A program made the translations under genes and the position numbers. This document shows positions 9,864 through 19,781 of a DNA stretch of 64,000 bases, one piece after another; positions within the stretch are counted from its first letter, which is position 1; each line of letters starts with the position of its first letter. Where the stretch lies: positions 28,468 through 92,467 of the forward strand of contig CAYJVY010000006.1 in assembly GCA_964373795.1 (NCBI GenBank), written 5' to 3'. The notes under the pieces were generated by a model. That model saw only the letters and a list, made by a program, of their open reading frames with translations. It did no database searches and was not told the origin of the DNA. Source of the DNA: an uncultured archaeon. Its GTDB lineage: Archaea > Iainarchaeota > Iainarchaeia > Iainarchaeales > DATDZZ01.

Positions 9864-11183
9864 TTAAGTTACTTTTTTTAGAAACTCTTTCAAAACCTTT
9901 TCCAAATTTAGTTTGCCTTTTTCTTGTAATTCATATGAAACCCTTGTCCAAGGCTTTTTAATGTTCAACAACTTGCCTAAATTGATTGGCGTGCCAATTA
10001 CAATTGCTTCTGCATTGCTTGAATTAATTGTATCTTGCAAGTCTTTTAATTGTTGAGGAAAATAACCCATTGCAGGTAACTCTTTTCCAATTTCTGGATA
10101 TTTTTTAAACGTGTTCTTTAAAGAGCCTTTCAAGAAAGGCTTTGGATCAATTATTTTGCAATTAAATTTTTTTGCTGCAATTGATCCAGCTCCAAACTTC
10201 ATTTCACCATGAGTTAATGTAGGGCCATCCTCAATTACTAATACTTTTCTGTTTTTAATTTTTTCAGGGTTTTCAACTGTAATAGGAGAATTTGCATGAA
10301 TTATTTTTGCCTTGGGATTTAATTTTTGCAAATTGCTTTCCACTAATTTAATGTCTTCTTTTTTAGCTGAATCCTCTTTATTGATTATTAATACGTCTGC
10401 AATTCTTGCATTTGTTTCTCCAGGAAAATAATTTAATTCATGTCCAGGCCTTAAAGGGTCTGCAACAGTGAAAGCCAAATCAGGTTTAATGAAAGGAGTA
10501 TCATTATTTCCACCGTCCCATAAAATTATGTCTGCTTCTTTTTCAGCTTTACGTAAAATCTTTTCATAGTCAATTCCTGCAAAAACAATTAATCCTTTTT
10601 CAATGTATGGCTCGAATTCTTCTCTTTCTTCAATAGTGCATTTGTTTTTTTCCAAGTCTTTAAATGATTCAAATCTTTGAATTGCTTCAATTGAAAGATT
10701 TCCATAAGGCATTGGATGTCTTAAAGCAACAACTTTCAATCCTTTTGCTTTCAATAGCTCTATAATTTTCCTGCTTGTCTGGCTTTTTCCAGCACCAGTG
10801 CGTACAGCGCAAACAGATATAACTGGTTTAAATGATTTCAGCATTGTTTTTTCTGGAGAAATTAATTTAAAATCAGCGCCAGCTGCATTTACAAGGGAGG
10901 CGCGATTCATTAAATATTGGTATGAAACATCTGAGTAAGAGAAAACAACTTCTTGTACTTGAAATTTTTTAATTAATTCGCAAAGCCTTTCCTCTGAATA
11001 AATTGGGATTCCTTTTGAATAAAGTTTTCCAGCAAGTTTTGCAGGATATACTTTGTTTTCAATTCCAGGAATTTGAGTTGCAGTGAATGCAATTACTTGA
11101 AATTCTTTTTTGTCTCGAAACAATACATTAAAATTGTGAAAGTCTCTTCCAGCTGCTCCCATTATTAAAATCTTTTTTCTCAT
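9864..11183 (-). CDS. P-loop NTPase-family protein, tentatively related to cyclic 2,3-diphosphoglycerate synthetase-like enzymes
   Basis: N-terminal Rossmann-like ILIMGAAGRDFHNFN and a later P-loop-like VCAVRTGAGKSQTSRKI. The specific family assignment comes from memory of that family and is not verified. Confidence 0.4.
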   Translation of the reverse strand: MRKKILIMGAAGRDFHNFNVLFRDKKEFQVIAFTATQIPGIENKVYPAKLAGKLYSKGIPIYSEERLCELIKKFQVQEVVFSYSDVSYQYLMNRASLVNAAGADFKLISPEKTMLKSFKPVISVCAVRTGAGKSQTSRKIIELLKAKGLKVVALRHPMPYGNLSIEAIQRFESFKDLEKNKCTIEEREEFEPYIEKGLIVFAGIDYEKILRKAEKEADIILWDGGNNDTPFIKPDLAFTVADPLRPGHELNYFPGETNARIADVLIINKEDSAKKEDIKLVESNLQKLNPKAKIIHANSPITVENPEKIKNRKVLVIEDGPTLTHGEMKFGAGSIAAKKFNCKIIDPKPFLKGSLKNTFKKYPEIGKELPAMGYFPQQLKDLQDTINSSNAEAIVIGTPINLGKLLNIKKPWTRVSYELQEKGKLNLEKVLKEFLKKVT

Positions 11184-11274
11184 ATTCCTTCTTTAGAATA
11201 AAATAAAAACAATTTTAAAAAACAATGTGCATATAAAGTTTATATAAAATATTTTTTTTGGAGGAAAAAATTTT

Positions 11275-12564
11275 ATGGATTCGTTGAATTTTTTGTTTTA
11301 TTCGTATGATGCGCTTTCAGGAGATCTTGCTTGGCAAGTAAAAAAAGAAGGACATAACGTTAAAATGTATATTAAAAACCCTGATTACAAGGACAATGCA
11401 GACGGATTTATTGATAAAACAGAGGACTGGGAAAAAGAAGTTGACTGGGCAAACGTAATTGTTTTTGATGATGTTTTAGGGCATGGAAAATTAGCTCAAA
11501 AACTTAGAGAAAAAGGAAAACTAGTTGTAGGAGGAACTCCTAACACTGATTTATTAGAGGATAGCCGTGAATATGGTCAAGAGCAATTAAAAAATGTTGG
11601 AGTAAGCATTATTCCTCAAAAGAATTTCACTTCATTTGAAGAAGCAATTGAATTTGTTAAACAAAACCCAAATAAATATGTTATAAAGCCTAGTGGAGCA
11701 GCTGGAAACACTAAAAGACTTTTATTTATTGGACAAGAAGAGGATGGAAAAGATGTTTTAGATGTATTAGAGCATTACAGGAGAGTTTGGTCAAACAAAA
11801 TTAAGGATTTTCAGCTTCAAAAAAAGATTAGTGGAGTAGAAGTAGCTGTTGGAGCATTCTTTAATGGAAAAGACTTTATTACTCCAATTAATGTAAACTT
11901 TGAGCATAAAAAACTTTTTCCAGGAGAAGTTGGCCCTGCAGTTGGAGAAATGGGGACAACTATGTTTTGGAGTGAGCCAAACAAATTATTTAATTCAACG
12001 CTTGCAAAAATGAAAGATTTTTTAGCGCAAGAAAAATATGTAGGGTATGCAGATGTTAATTGTATTGTGAATTCTCAAGGAATTTATCCATTGGAATTCA
12101 CAACACGTTTTGGTTATCCAACGATTAGCATTCAACAAGAAGGAATGGTTTCACCAATTGGAAACTTTTTATATGAATTAGCTCAAGGAATTGAACCAAA
12201 ATTGAAAGTAAAAAAAGGGTTTCAAATAGGAGTAAGAGTTGTTGTTCCTCCTTTTCCTTTTGATGACAAAAAAACATTTGAAAATGAATCAAAAGAATCA
12301 GTAATTATTTTTAAAAAAGATGGAGTGGAAGGAATTCATATTGAAGACGTGAAAATGAAAAACAATGAATGGGTTGTAGCAGGAAATTCTGGAGTAATAT
12401 TAATTGCATGTGGTTGTGCAACTTCAATGGAGCAAGCAAGAATCCAAGCATACAATAGAGTAAACAATATTTTAATTCCAAACATGTATTATAGAACAGA
12501 TATTGGTGAAAGATGGAGAGAGGATTCAGATAAATTACATACCTGGGAATATTTGAGGCCTTAA
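11275..12564 (+). CDS. ATP-grasp enzyme of the phosphoribosylamine-glycine ligase (PurD) family, divergent
   Basis: The PurD-like motif EFTTRFGYPT aligns with the EFNxRFGDPE motif. YVIKPSGAAGNTKRLLFIG aligns with the VVKADGLAAGKGV region. Length 429 aa, similar to PurD. The N-terminal GGREHAL motif is not conserved. Confidence 0.55.
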   Translation: MDSLNFLFYSYDALSGDLAWQVKKEGHNVKMYIKNPDYKDNADGFIDKTEDWEKEVDWANVIVFDDVLGHGKLAQKLREKGKLVVGGTPNTDLLEDSREYGQEQLKNVGVSIIPQKNFTSFEEAIEFVKQNPNKYVIKPSGAAGNTKRLLFIGQEEDGKDVLDVLEHYRRVWSNKIKDFQLQKKISGVEVAVGAFFNGKDFITPINVNFEHKKLFPGEVGPAVGEMGTTMFWSEPNKLFNSTLAKMKDFLAQEKYVGYADVNCIVNSQGIYPLEFTTRFGYPTISIQQEGMVSPIGNFLYELAQGIEPKLKVKKGFQIGVRVVVPPFPFDDKKTFENESKESVIIFKKDGVEGIHIEDVKMKNNEWVVAGNSGVILIACGCATSMEQARIQAYNRVNNILIPNMYYRTDIGERWREDSDKLHTWEYLRP

Positions 12565-12598
12565 ATTAAGGGAATTAAAAATGCATTTATTTGTATGA

Positions 12599-13525
12599 TT
12601 AAATTGAAAGCAAGTAAATTCCAAAAATCATTACAATAAATGCAATGCCTTTAATTGCAATGCTTTTCTTATCAATTTCTTCTTTAAATAATTTTGGAAA
12701 AAACCTTGAAAACAAAATTGCGTATAATAAAACAATTAATGGTTGAATGCTTTCAACTACTGATATAAGGGATACGCTTGCAATGCTTAATGCATATAAG
12801 TGAGCAAGAGATGAAATTATTACTAAAATTGCTCCAACTAAGAAAATTAAAACAGTTTTTGTTTGTTTTAATACCTTAAAATGTTCTTCTCTAATTTTTT
12901 TATTAATTAAAAGAATTTGACTAATAATTGATCTGAAAAAAAATATTAAAATAAATAAAGTAATAAAATGAATTCCTTTAACTAAAATAAATTTTTGAAC
13001 AATTGATACAAATGCAATGAAAAGCGATGCAAAAACCATTAAAAATAATCCTTTACTTGGTTTAAACAAGTTTTTAGTATCACGTATTGAAATAATAAAA
13101 CTGCTAATCAAGATTAATGGAATTGCTAAATATTCATTTAATCTAAGTCTTTCATTCAAAAAAATGAAGGCAATTATTGGAACAAATAACGAACCAATAT
13201 TCCAGTAAGCAATAACATGTGAAGTGTCTTCAGATTTTAAGGCTTTAAGGTAACACAGAATTGACAAATTATATAAAATGCCTGCAGCTATTAAAAGAAT
13301 TAAAATAGATGATTCAATTTCCAAAATATTTGGTCTGAATGCAATGAACACTGCAATGCTTGCCAATAAATTGAAAAACCCCCAAAGAGTAAGTAAAGCA
13401 AGAGAGCTTTTAACAATTTTATTTGACAAGTAATTATCCATTACATTTAATGCAGCCCAAATAGTTATTGCAATAAAAGTAAAACCAATCCATTCAAGAG
13501 ACATAAAAAATAAAGAGAAATGCAT
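12599..13525 (-). CDS. EamA/DMT-superfamily transporter (10 TM)
   Basis: Hydrophobic protein of 308 aa with two internally repeated 5-TM halves, typical of EamA-type carriers. Confidence 0.6.
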   Translation of the reverse strand: MHFSLFFMSLEWIGFTFIAITIWAALNVMDNYLSNKIVKSSLALLTLWGFFNLLASIAVFIAFRPNILEIESSILILLIAAGILYNLSILCYLKALKSEDTSHVIAYWNIGSLFVPIIAFIFLNERLRLNEYLAIPLILISSFIISIRDTKNLFKPSKGLFLMVFASLFIAFVSIVQKFILVKGIHFITLFILIFFFRSIISQILLINKKIREEHFKVLKQTKTVLIFLVGAILVIISSLAHLYALSIASVSLISVVESIQPLIVLLYAILFSRFFPKLFKEEIDKKSIAIKGIAFIVMIFGIYLLSI

Positions 13526-13535
13526 TACTTAAAGC

Positions 13536-14717
13536 TTGCTTTTTAGCTTCAAACAATTCTGTGTAGGAGAAAAATATTTAAGCAAGTTAAACCATACTAG
13601 TTATTGTGGAAATGTGAAATCTTTATGGTTTAAAAAAATTTTAATTTTTTTGCTAATAATTTTATTCATTAGTGGATGCATTGACAATTCTACAACAAAT
13701 TTGACAAAAAATGAAATAAAAAATGCAAACAATGTTGTCAAAAATGATTCTCTTAATGATGTTAAAAACCAATCTGTAGACAAGGAATCCCAAAATAAAA
13801 CTTCTGAACAGTCAAAGCAGGAAGCAATTGAAGTAAAACAGTATGCTTCAGCGCAAAACCAATTCTCAATAGATTATCCAAAAAATTCAAGCATTAAAGA
13901 AAATGGCTCAGACCCAACAGATGGGCCTTTCTTGGTTCGATTCATTTACAAATCAACTAGTTCTATTACTGTGAGAAGAGGAAACCTTGTTAGAAATGTT
14001 CAAAATATGTCTGATTTAGTGAAAAGATCTTTGAAGGAAATTGAATCAGTGAGCAATGGAAAAACAACAGTAAAAGTTGAAAGTGAAGGCGCTTTAAAAA
14101 TTGGCGACAATGAGGCTTATCAATTAACTCTAGAAATTGGTGCCCCTGAATTAGGTCAAGGAGGGGAATTCGTTTTCAAATATGTGTTCGTTGACACAAA
14201 AGACTCAAAGGCTTATAGATTGGATTTTAAGTCAAAAAAATCAGACTATGAATGGTTTTCAAAAATTATTGAAAAATCAATAAACTCGTTTAATGCAATT
14301 TCACAAGAACAAGAAAACACTTCAACAACTGTGGAAGTTACTGCACAAAACGATGCAGGTTCAGGAAAAGATGCTCCAAATTCCAAAGAAGATTCTATTG
14401 AATTACTTAAAGAAAAAACATACAAAGCAGAACTTGATCCAGAAAATAATGATTCAAAAGATTACTATAAAATTTTAGTAGCACCAAACAAAAAAATGAA
14501 TGTAAAATTCACAAGAGACACTAATGCATTAGCGTTTTACTTGCATGCCGTGGAAAACAAAGAACCATTTGCAGACAGTGTAATAAAAATTCAAAAGGAA
14601 TTAGAATCAGCAACAATAGTAATTGAAACAGAAGCAGACCAAGAAGAAGCACTAATAGATATATCTTCTACAACTAAAGGAAAATACACAATAGAAACAA
14701 CTGAAACAACTAAATAA
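13536..14717 (+). CDS. Secreted or lipoprotein-like hypothetical protein (probable true start near 13614)
   Basis: Signal-like KKILIFLLIILFISGC followed by a lipobox-like Cys. The rest is polar and N/S/T/E-rich. Confidence 0.45.
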   Translation: MLFSFKQFCVGEKYLSKLNHTSYCGNVKSLWFKKILIFLLIILFISGCIDNSTTNLTKNEIKNANNVVKNDSLNDVKNQSVDKESQNKTSEQSKQEAIEVKQYASAQNQFSIDYPKNSSIKENGSDPTDGPFLVRFIYKSTSSITVRRGNLVRNVQNMSDLVKRSLKEIESVSNGKTTVKVESEGALKIGDNEAYQLTLEIGAPELGQGGEFVFKYVFVDTKDSKAYRLDFKSKKSDYEWFSKIIEKSINSFNAISQEQENTSTTVEVTAQNDAGSGKDAPNSKEDSIELLKEKTYKAELDPENNDSKDYYKILVAPNKKMNVKFTRDTNALAFYLHAVENKEPFADSVIKIQKELESATIVIETEADQEEALIDISSTTKGKYTIETTETTK

Positions 14718-14837
14718 GTCTAATTTCTTTCTTTATTTTTTTCTTTGCAAAAAAACTAATTGGTTTTGTCATTGAATTTAAAAATTACGCTAAACAATTT
14801 TTAAATGGTTTTAATAAATAATTTTTAGGAGTTAGAC

Positions 14838-15581
14838 ATGTTTAAAGGTTTGTTCACTAGAGTTGCTAAAAAAATCAAGGACAAGTTTACTAGAAAGCCT
14901 AGAGAATACTTATTTTTAAAAGAGACTAAAGAAAACCTACCTGATTTGCCTGAAGGAGTTTTTCATAAAAGAGGAAGAGTTCACACAATTGTCTCCCATT
15001 ATGGAATTGTTTCTTTTGTTATTAGAGAAGGAAAGCCACTTGTTAGAAAAATTTTCAAAGACACCGCAGGTGGAAAACAGATTAATACAAAAAAAGAGTA
15101 TTATGCTTTAAAGATTGCAAACCTATTAATTCCTGGACATGTAATTAATCCAAGGTTTGCAAGGCTTTCAAGAAAACAAGTTGAAGCAATTAAAGGAAAA
15201 CTCTCGGAAAGTGAAGCAAAAAAGTTGGCAGAAAAACCAGTGCTTTATTCTGATCCAATTCCGGTTCCACAAAAATACTTGCAAATGATTGCAGAAATCT
15301 ATGAGGATTCAGTTCCGTGGGGACAAGCTTATGGATTACAAGAAGTTAACCAACGGAAGGCTCAAAAGCTTAGTCAAAGCTTTAGAGAACTTGGAATTAA
15401 TGTTAATACTCATGAACATAACTATACAATCAATACTGAAACTGGTAAAATTGTTTTCTTTGAAATAATAAATATTGATGAAGAAAAACTAGCCAACACA
15501 ATTCTCCAAGTACAAGATCTAGAAACAAGAAGAAAACTTGAAAACTATTTTAAAAGATTCAAAGCGCTTAAATGGAGTTAA
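14838..15581 (+). CDS. Hypothetical protein
   Basis: ORF of 247 aa, basic, with no recognised motif. Confidence 0.4.
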   Translation: MFKGLFTRVAKKIKDKFTRKPREYLFLKETKENLPDLPEGVFHKRGRVHTIVSHYGIVSFVIREGKPLVRKIFKDTAGGKQINTKKEYYALKIANLLIPGHVINPRFARLSRKQVEAIKGKLSESEAKKLAEKPVLYSDPIPVPQKYLQMIAEIYEDSVPWGQAYGLQEVNQRKAQKLSQSFRELGINVNTHEHNYTINTETGKIVFFEIINIDEEKLANTILQVQDLETRRKLENYFKRFKALKWS

Positions 15582-15583
15582 AA

Positions 15584-15656
15584 ACGCCCCAGGGAAGATT
15601 CGAACTTCCGACCCTTCGGTTAACAGCCGAATGCTCCACCACTAAGCTACCGGGGC
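15584..15656 (-). tRNA. tRNA-Asn (anticodon GTT), no encoded CCA
   Basis: The reverse complement folds as a cloverleaf: GCCCCGG acceptor, anticodon stem TTCGG/CCGAA with loop CTGTTAA, T-arm GGAAG-TTCGAAT-CTTCC, discriminator G. Confidence 0.9.
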
Positions 15657-15693
15657 ACAGTTTTTCTTTTTAAAAGAAAAGTTGGCAAAAGAA
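15657..15693 (-). promoter_or_regulatory. Conserved tRNA upstream promoter-like element (TTCTTTTGCCAACTTTTCTTTTAAAAAG)
   Basis: The sequence immediately 5' of tRNA-Asn is nearly identical to the sequence 5' of tRNA-Ser (34281-34317) and similar to that 5' of tRNA-Leu (40203-40244). Confidence 0.5.
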
Positions 15694-15728
15694 ATTTTCT
15701 AATATATAAAAGTAGAATTATAATAGTT

Positions 15729-16472
15729 TTAAAAAAGTTGTTGCAAGTGGCTTCCGCCATCGACAAAAATTATTTCTCCAGTAATGAAATCACTTCCTTC
15801 AATTAAAAAAACAACTACGTTAGCAATGTCTTTAGGCAAACCACTTTTCTTCAGCAAAGTTTTATTGATTAATTTTCTTTCTAATTTTTTATTTACAAAT
15901 TTAGGCATTAAAATTAATCCAGGAGCAATTCCATTTACTTGAATAATTGGAGCTAATTCTTTTGCCAATCCCTGCGTTAAAGAAATTAATCCTCCTTTTG
16001 AAACAGTGTATGGCAGAAAATTTTTTCCAGGATTAAATGCAAGTGAATCAATTAAATTAATTATTTTTCCTTTTCGTTGTTTTTTCATATGCTTTGCTGC
16101 AAACAAAGAACAAAGAAATGGCGCTTTTAAATTTACTTCAAAATTTTCATTAATGTCTTTTTCAGTAATTTTTTCAAAAAGGGTTCTCTTGAAAATTGAA
16201 GCATTATTAATTAATACATCAATTGATCCAAGTTTTTTTACAGTGAAATCAATTAATTTTTTTATTTCATTTGAATTTGAAAGATTTGCTTTAAACTTGA
16301 ATGCTTTCACTCCAAATTTTTGAATTTCTTTAACTGTTTTTTCAGCTTCTTTTTCAGAAGACTTAAAATGAACTACTACGTTCGCGCCCTTCAATGCAAG
16401 AGTTAAAGCAATTTCTTTTCCAATTCTTTTTGCTGCGCCAGTAATTAATACATTGCAGTTGTTTAAGTTCAT
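15729..16472 (-). CDS. Short-chain dehydrogenase/reductase (SDR) family oxidoreductase
   Basis: TGAAKRIGKEIA cofactor-binding motif, NNAS, and catalytic YTVSK (YxxxK). Confidence 0.8.
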   Translation of the reverse strand: MNLNNCNVLITGAAKRIGKEIALTLALKGANVVVHFKSSEKEAEKTVKEIQKFGVKAFKFKANLSNSNEIKKLIDFTVKKLGSIDVLINNASIFKRTLFEKITEKDINENFEVNLKAPFLCSLFAAKHMKKQRKGKIINLIDSLAFNPGKNFLPYTVSKGGLISLTQGLAKELAPIIQVNGIAPGLILMPKFVNKKLERKLINKTLLKKSGLPKDIANVVVFLIEGSDFITGEIIFVDGGSHLQQLF

Positions 16473-16516
16473 TTCAACTCCCTAGAGCAGTTCACAAAGT
16501 TTTATTTTTGCGCCAA

Positions 16517-16903
16517 TTAGTATGTTTCTACTGGCACGCCTGTTTTGTCAAAGTCTTTTTTGTTTCTTGTTAGTACTTTTTCATGTTTTGTTTTAGCAAT
16601 CCCTGCAATCATTGCGTCTATTGGTTCAATGGAATTATTTTTTGTAATCTTGCCAAAGATTCTTCCGCCTTCCTCTGAACTTTCTTTATCAAATTCAAGT
16701 ATTGTTTGGCCAAGCAATACTTCAGCTATCTTTCTTTTTTCCTCTTCTGGTTTGTTGCATAACATTACTCCTGACCAAACTTCGAACAAGGAAGGAGTAG
16801 TAATAATTAAAGGAGTTCTTTGTTGAATAAGTTGCCCCAGTTTTTCTATTGCTTTCAAGTCTTTTCTCATTACATTTATGATAAAAGTTGTATCCAAAAT
16901 CAT
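16517..16903 (-). CDS. vapC: PIN-domain ribonuclease, VapC-like toxin
   Basis: N-terminal MILDTTFIINVMRKD is typical of the PIN acidic pocket. Length 128 aa. The start overlaps the stop of the upstream small ORF. Confidence 0.65.
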   Translation of the reverse strand: MILDTTFIINVMRKDLKAIEKLGQLIQQRTPLIITTPSLFEVWSGVMLCNKPEEEKRKIAEVLLGQTILEFDKESSEEGGRIFGKITKNNSIEPIDAMIAGIAKTKHEKVLTRNKKDFDKTGVPVETY

Positions 16904-17142
16904 TATTTGATTGCCCCTGATATTTTGTGTATTCTTTTACCTATTTTCTGATTGGTTTCTTTTACATGTTTTTGAATTGTTTTTGCTTCTTCGTCTGTTA
17001 AAATCCCGGCAAGCTCCAAAAGAGATCTTTGCCTGGCTATGCGTTTTATAACATCAGTAAAGCTTTCATATTCTTTTTTTTGGGAAGCAAGAATGTCATA
17101 GGCGTCTTCCCCAATTGAAATAGTTTTTGTAGCCATGTACAT
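16903..17142 (-). CDS. vapB: Putative VapB-type antitoxin (small 79-aa partner)
   Basis: 79-aa ORF whose stop overlaps the start of the PIN gene by 1 nt. This is the arrangement typical of archaeal vapBC pairs. Confidence 0.5.
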   Translation of the reverse strand: MYMATKTISIGEDAYDILASQKKEYESFTDVIKRIARQRSLLELAGILTDEEAKTIQKHVKETNQKIGKRIHKISGAIK

Positions 17143-17429
17143 GTATATATGTGTATGTAATATAAAAGCATTTTGTATGCCATAACTTAGTTGAATTTTG
17201 ACACTATGTTTTTTAAGTCCATTTAAATTCCCATCATTTTTTTTAAGGCTTGTACTCTTCTTTTTAGGGTTTTGATTTTCGTTTTCCAGATTTTTTTGCG
17301 CGTGAATTAAATTGTTCTTGTGTTACTCTTAGTCCTTGAAGAAATATTGCAAAATCTTGATCAGCTCTTATTTTTCTAGAACTGCGTTTTCTAAGCATTA
17401 TAAAAAATTAGGAAAAGAAATTAATATAT

Positions 17430-19718
17430 TTACCTATTTTTCTTTTTTCTCTTAACAGTGAATAAATAGTATCCTGTAATTAAAAGCAATAAAACTGCTC
17501 CTATTCCTAGTGCAGTGTTTTCAATTCCTCCAAGTCCAAGTAAACCAGTTGGAGGAGTCTTCAATTCAATTGCTACACAGCTTCCATTACTACAAACCTT
17601 GTTATCTGCACAAGAAATTCCGTTTACTTCATTTGAATAACTACAAGTTCCATTAGAAGAATTACAAGAATCAATTGTACAAGGATTATTATCGTTACAG
17701 CTTATGCTCTCACATAAGTTAGATGTTTTTGGCTCTGAAGTAATTGTTTTGGATTTTTCAGGCAAGGTTAAATCAACAACTAAAGGAGCAGCAAATAAAT
17801 TAAATGCTTCTTGAGTAACTTTTTTCTTTACAGTGTAACTTAGTTTAACTGTCTCTCCAGCCTTTAATTCTTTTACAATGAATTGAATTACTGGATCAGA
17901 TTTTAATACAATGAATTCAAAGCTGCTTGAAAGCTCGTTTGCATCAAATGCAATTTCTTTTGGCACTACTTCAACTACTTTAACATTTTTCAAAATTTCT
18001 GTTCCAGGATTTGAAACGCTTACCCCAATAGTTGAAGCAAAGCTTTCCTTGCTTCCTTGAACAGTTTTTTCTACTTTTAAGTCTCTTGAAAATTCAACTC
18101 TATTATTTAATGCTTCTAATGCAACTGAATTTTTTTCAACATTAATTTCTTCTAAAACTTTTTTAATTGAATCAGGAGTTACTTTAACTTCTTTATTTGT
18201 TTCCAATTCAATAGTTGTTTTAGGCTGTAAAGGAGTTGTAGGACTTCCGCCAGGTGCAGGAGGATTAGTTGTTCCTCCACCACTATTTTGACTAGGAGCA
18301 GCATTAACTACTACTGAGACACTTAAATTATTGTCTGTTTCACTTGATTCATTGAAAGAGTTTTCAGGATCTAATGAAAAAGTATAAGTGTGAGTTGCAA
18401 CACTTGAAGGAGTAATTGAATAAGTTAAAGTTTTTTCTTGTCCTGCAGTTAAATCAAGTGATTGACTATTTAAATCAGTTGAACCTTCTTTTAATTTCAC
18501 TGTAACTCCAATTACAGAGCTTACTTGAGACTTGAATACAGCAGTTAAAGTTACACTGCTTCCAACAGTAATGCTTGAACTTGAAGCAGTAAAGGAAACT
18601 GCATTTAAATCAAAGCTTCCAGGATTGCTTGGTTGAACAGTAATTAATTGATTTAAATCATTGTTTGTTTCACTGCATTCAGCAATTGCTTTAGAGCCAT
18701 CTGCTACTACTTTTACTACATGATTTCCTGTTTTATTCGAAGTATTCCAATCTATTGAAACAGTTACAGAACTATTTGCATCCAAAGAAGAAACAGTATT
18801 CTTGTCAATTTGTCCTTGAGAATTCAAGAAATTAACATCAAAAGGAGTTGAAATATTTGTATCTCCAGTGTTTTGAATAACTGCGGAAATTCTTACAATG
18901 TTTCCATCAATTGGATTAGAGTTATTAAAAGTTAAATCTGAAACCCTTAAATTAGGGCCAACAAAATTAAAGTCCTTGCTTATACTAACGCTTGGCTTTG
19001 GAGTTCCATTCAAGTTTTGATAAGTAACAATTGCTCCAAGAGAAGTGCTTCCACAAGTTAAAGGATTTACATTAAAATGCCTTGAATTAGAAGCATTAGA
19101 TCCGGCTAATTGAAATCCAGCATAAGCTGAAACATTTGAATCAAATACAGTTGAAGTAGAAGGATTTAATGACACAACTACATGATTTGCATCTTGAGCT
19201 CCTTTATTTGTCATTAAAACTCCAAAAGTAAAAGGCACTCCAAGAGTCTGAGTTCCTGAAACAGAAGGAGAAATTCCTGCATTCAAATCAGCTTCATATT
19301 CAACAGTATGATTAATGTCACATAAAGGTAAAACACTGTTTACATCAGTTAATTTAAAGTTTACATCAAAAGACGTAGTTGAATTATTCATGTCAAAAGA
19401 ATAACTTGCAGTTGAATGACTAATTGAAACATTATTTGAACTAATTAAGTTCACTCCAGCTGGAACAAAAATATTCAAGTCTTCAAAAGCATTTGCATTG
19501 CTTGTTCCAAAATATTTTGGAGGAGGTAATCCATCTATATATCCATTTTGATCTGTAACTGAAACAGTGAAAGTTCCATTTGAATAATCAGAGGTAACTT
19601 TAAAACTAATATTTGAACAAACAGTTGTAGAACTAGTAGCAGCTTGAACGCTGGACAAGAATGCAAGTAATGCAATCAAAACAAAAAACTTTGAATAATT
19701 CACTTCTTCACCATACAA
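17430..19718 (-). CDS. Secreted S/T/N-rich surface protein with C-terminal Cys-rich module and single C-terminal TM anchor
   Basis: N-terminal signal-like hydrophobic segment. The C-terminus is CESISCNDNNPCTIDSCNSSNGTCSYSNE...GSCV, then GAVLLLLITGYYLFTV, then KRKKKNR. It lies 63 bp downstream of the giant gene on the same strand. Confidence 0.7.
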   Translation of the reverse strand: MYGEEVNYSKFFVLIALLAFLSSVQAATSSTTVCSNISFKVTSDYSNGTFTVSVTDQNGYIDGLPPPKYFGTSNANAFEDLNIFVPAGVNLISSNNVSISHSTASYSFDMNNSTTSFDVNFKLTDVNSVLPLCDINHTVEYEADLNAGISPSVSGTQTLGVPFTFGVLMTNKGAQDANHVVVSLNPSTSTVFDSNVSAYAGFQLAGSNASNSRHFNVNPLTCGSTSLGAIVTYQNLNGTPKPSVSISKDFNFVGPNLRVSDLTFNNSNPIDGNIVRISAVIQNTGDTNISTPFDVNFLNSQGQIDKNTVSSLDANSSVTVSIDWNTSNKTGNHVVKVVADGSKAIAECSETNNDLNQLITVQPSNPGSFDLNAVSFTASSSSITVGSSVTLTAVFKSQVSSVIGVTVKLKEGSTDLNSQSLDLTAGQEKTLTYSITPSSVATHTYTFSLDPENSFNESSETDNNLSVSVVVNAAPSQNSGGGTTNPPAPGGSPTTPLQPKTTIELETNKEVKVTPDSIKKVLEEINVEKNSVALEALNNRVEFSRDLKVEKTVQGSKESFASTIGVSVSNPGTEILKNVKVVEVVPKEIAFDANELSSSFEFIVLKSDPVIQFIVKELKAGETVKLSYTVKKKVTQEAFNLFAAPLVVDLTLPEKSKTITSEPKTSNLCESISCNDNNPCTIDSCNSSNGTCSYSNEVNGISCADNKVCSNGSCVAIELKTPPTGLLGLGGIENTALGIGAVLLLLITGYYLFTVKRKKKNR

Positions 19719-19781
19719 AATAAATCTTAAATGTTGTATATATTACTGATTTTTAATATATAAATATTCTTCTTTTAAACA

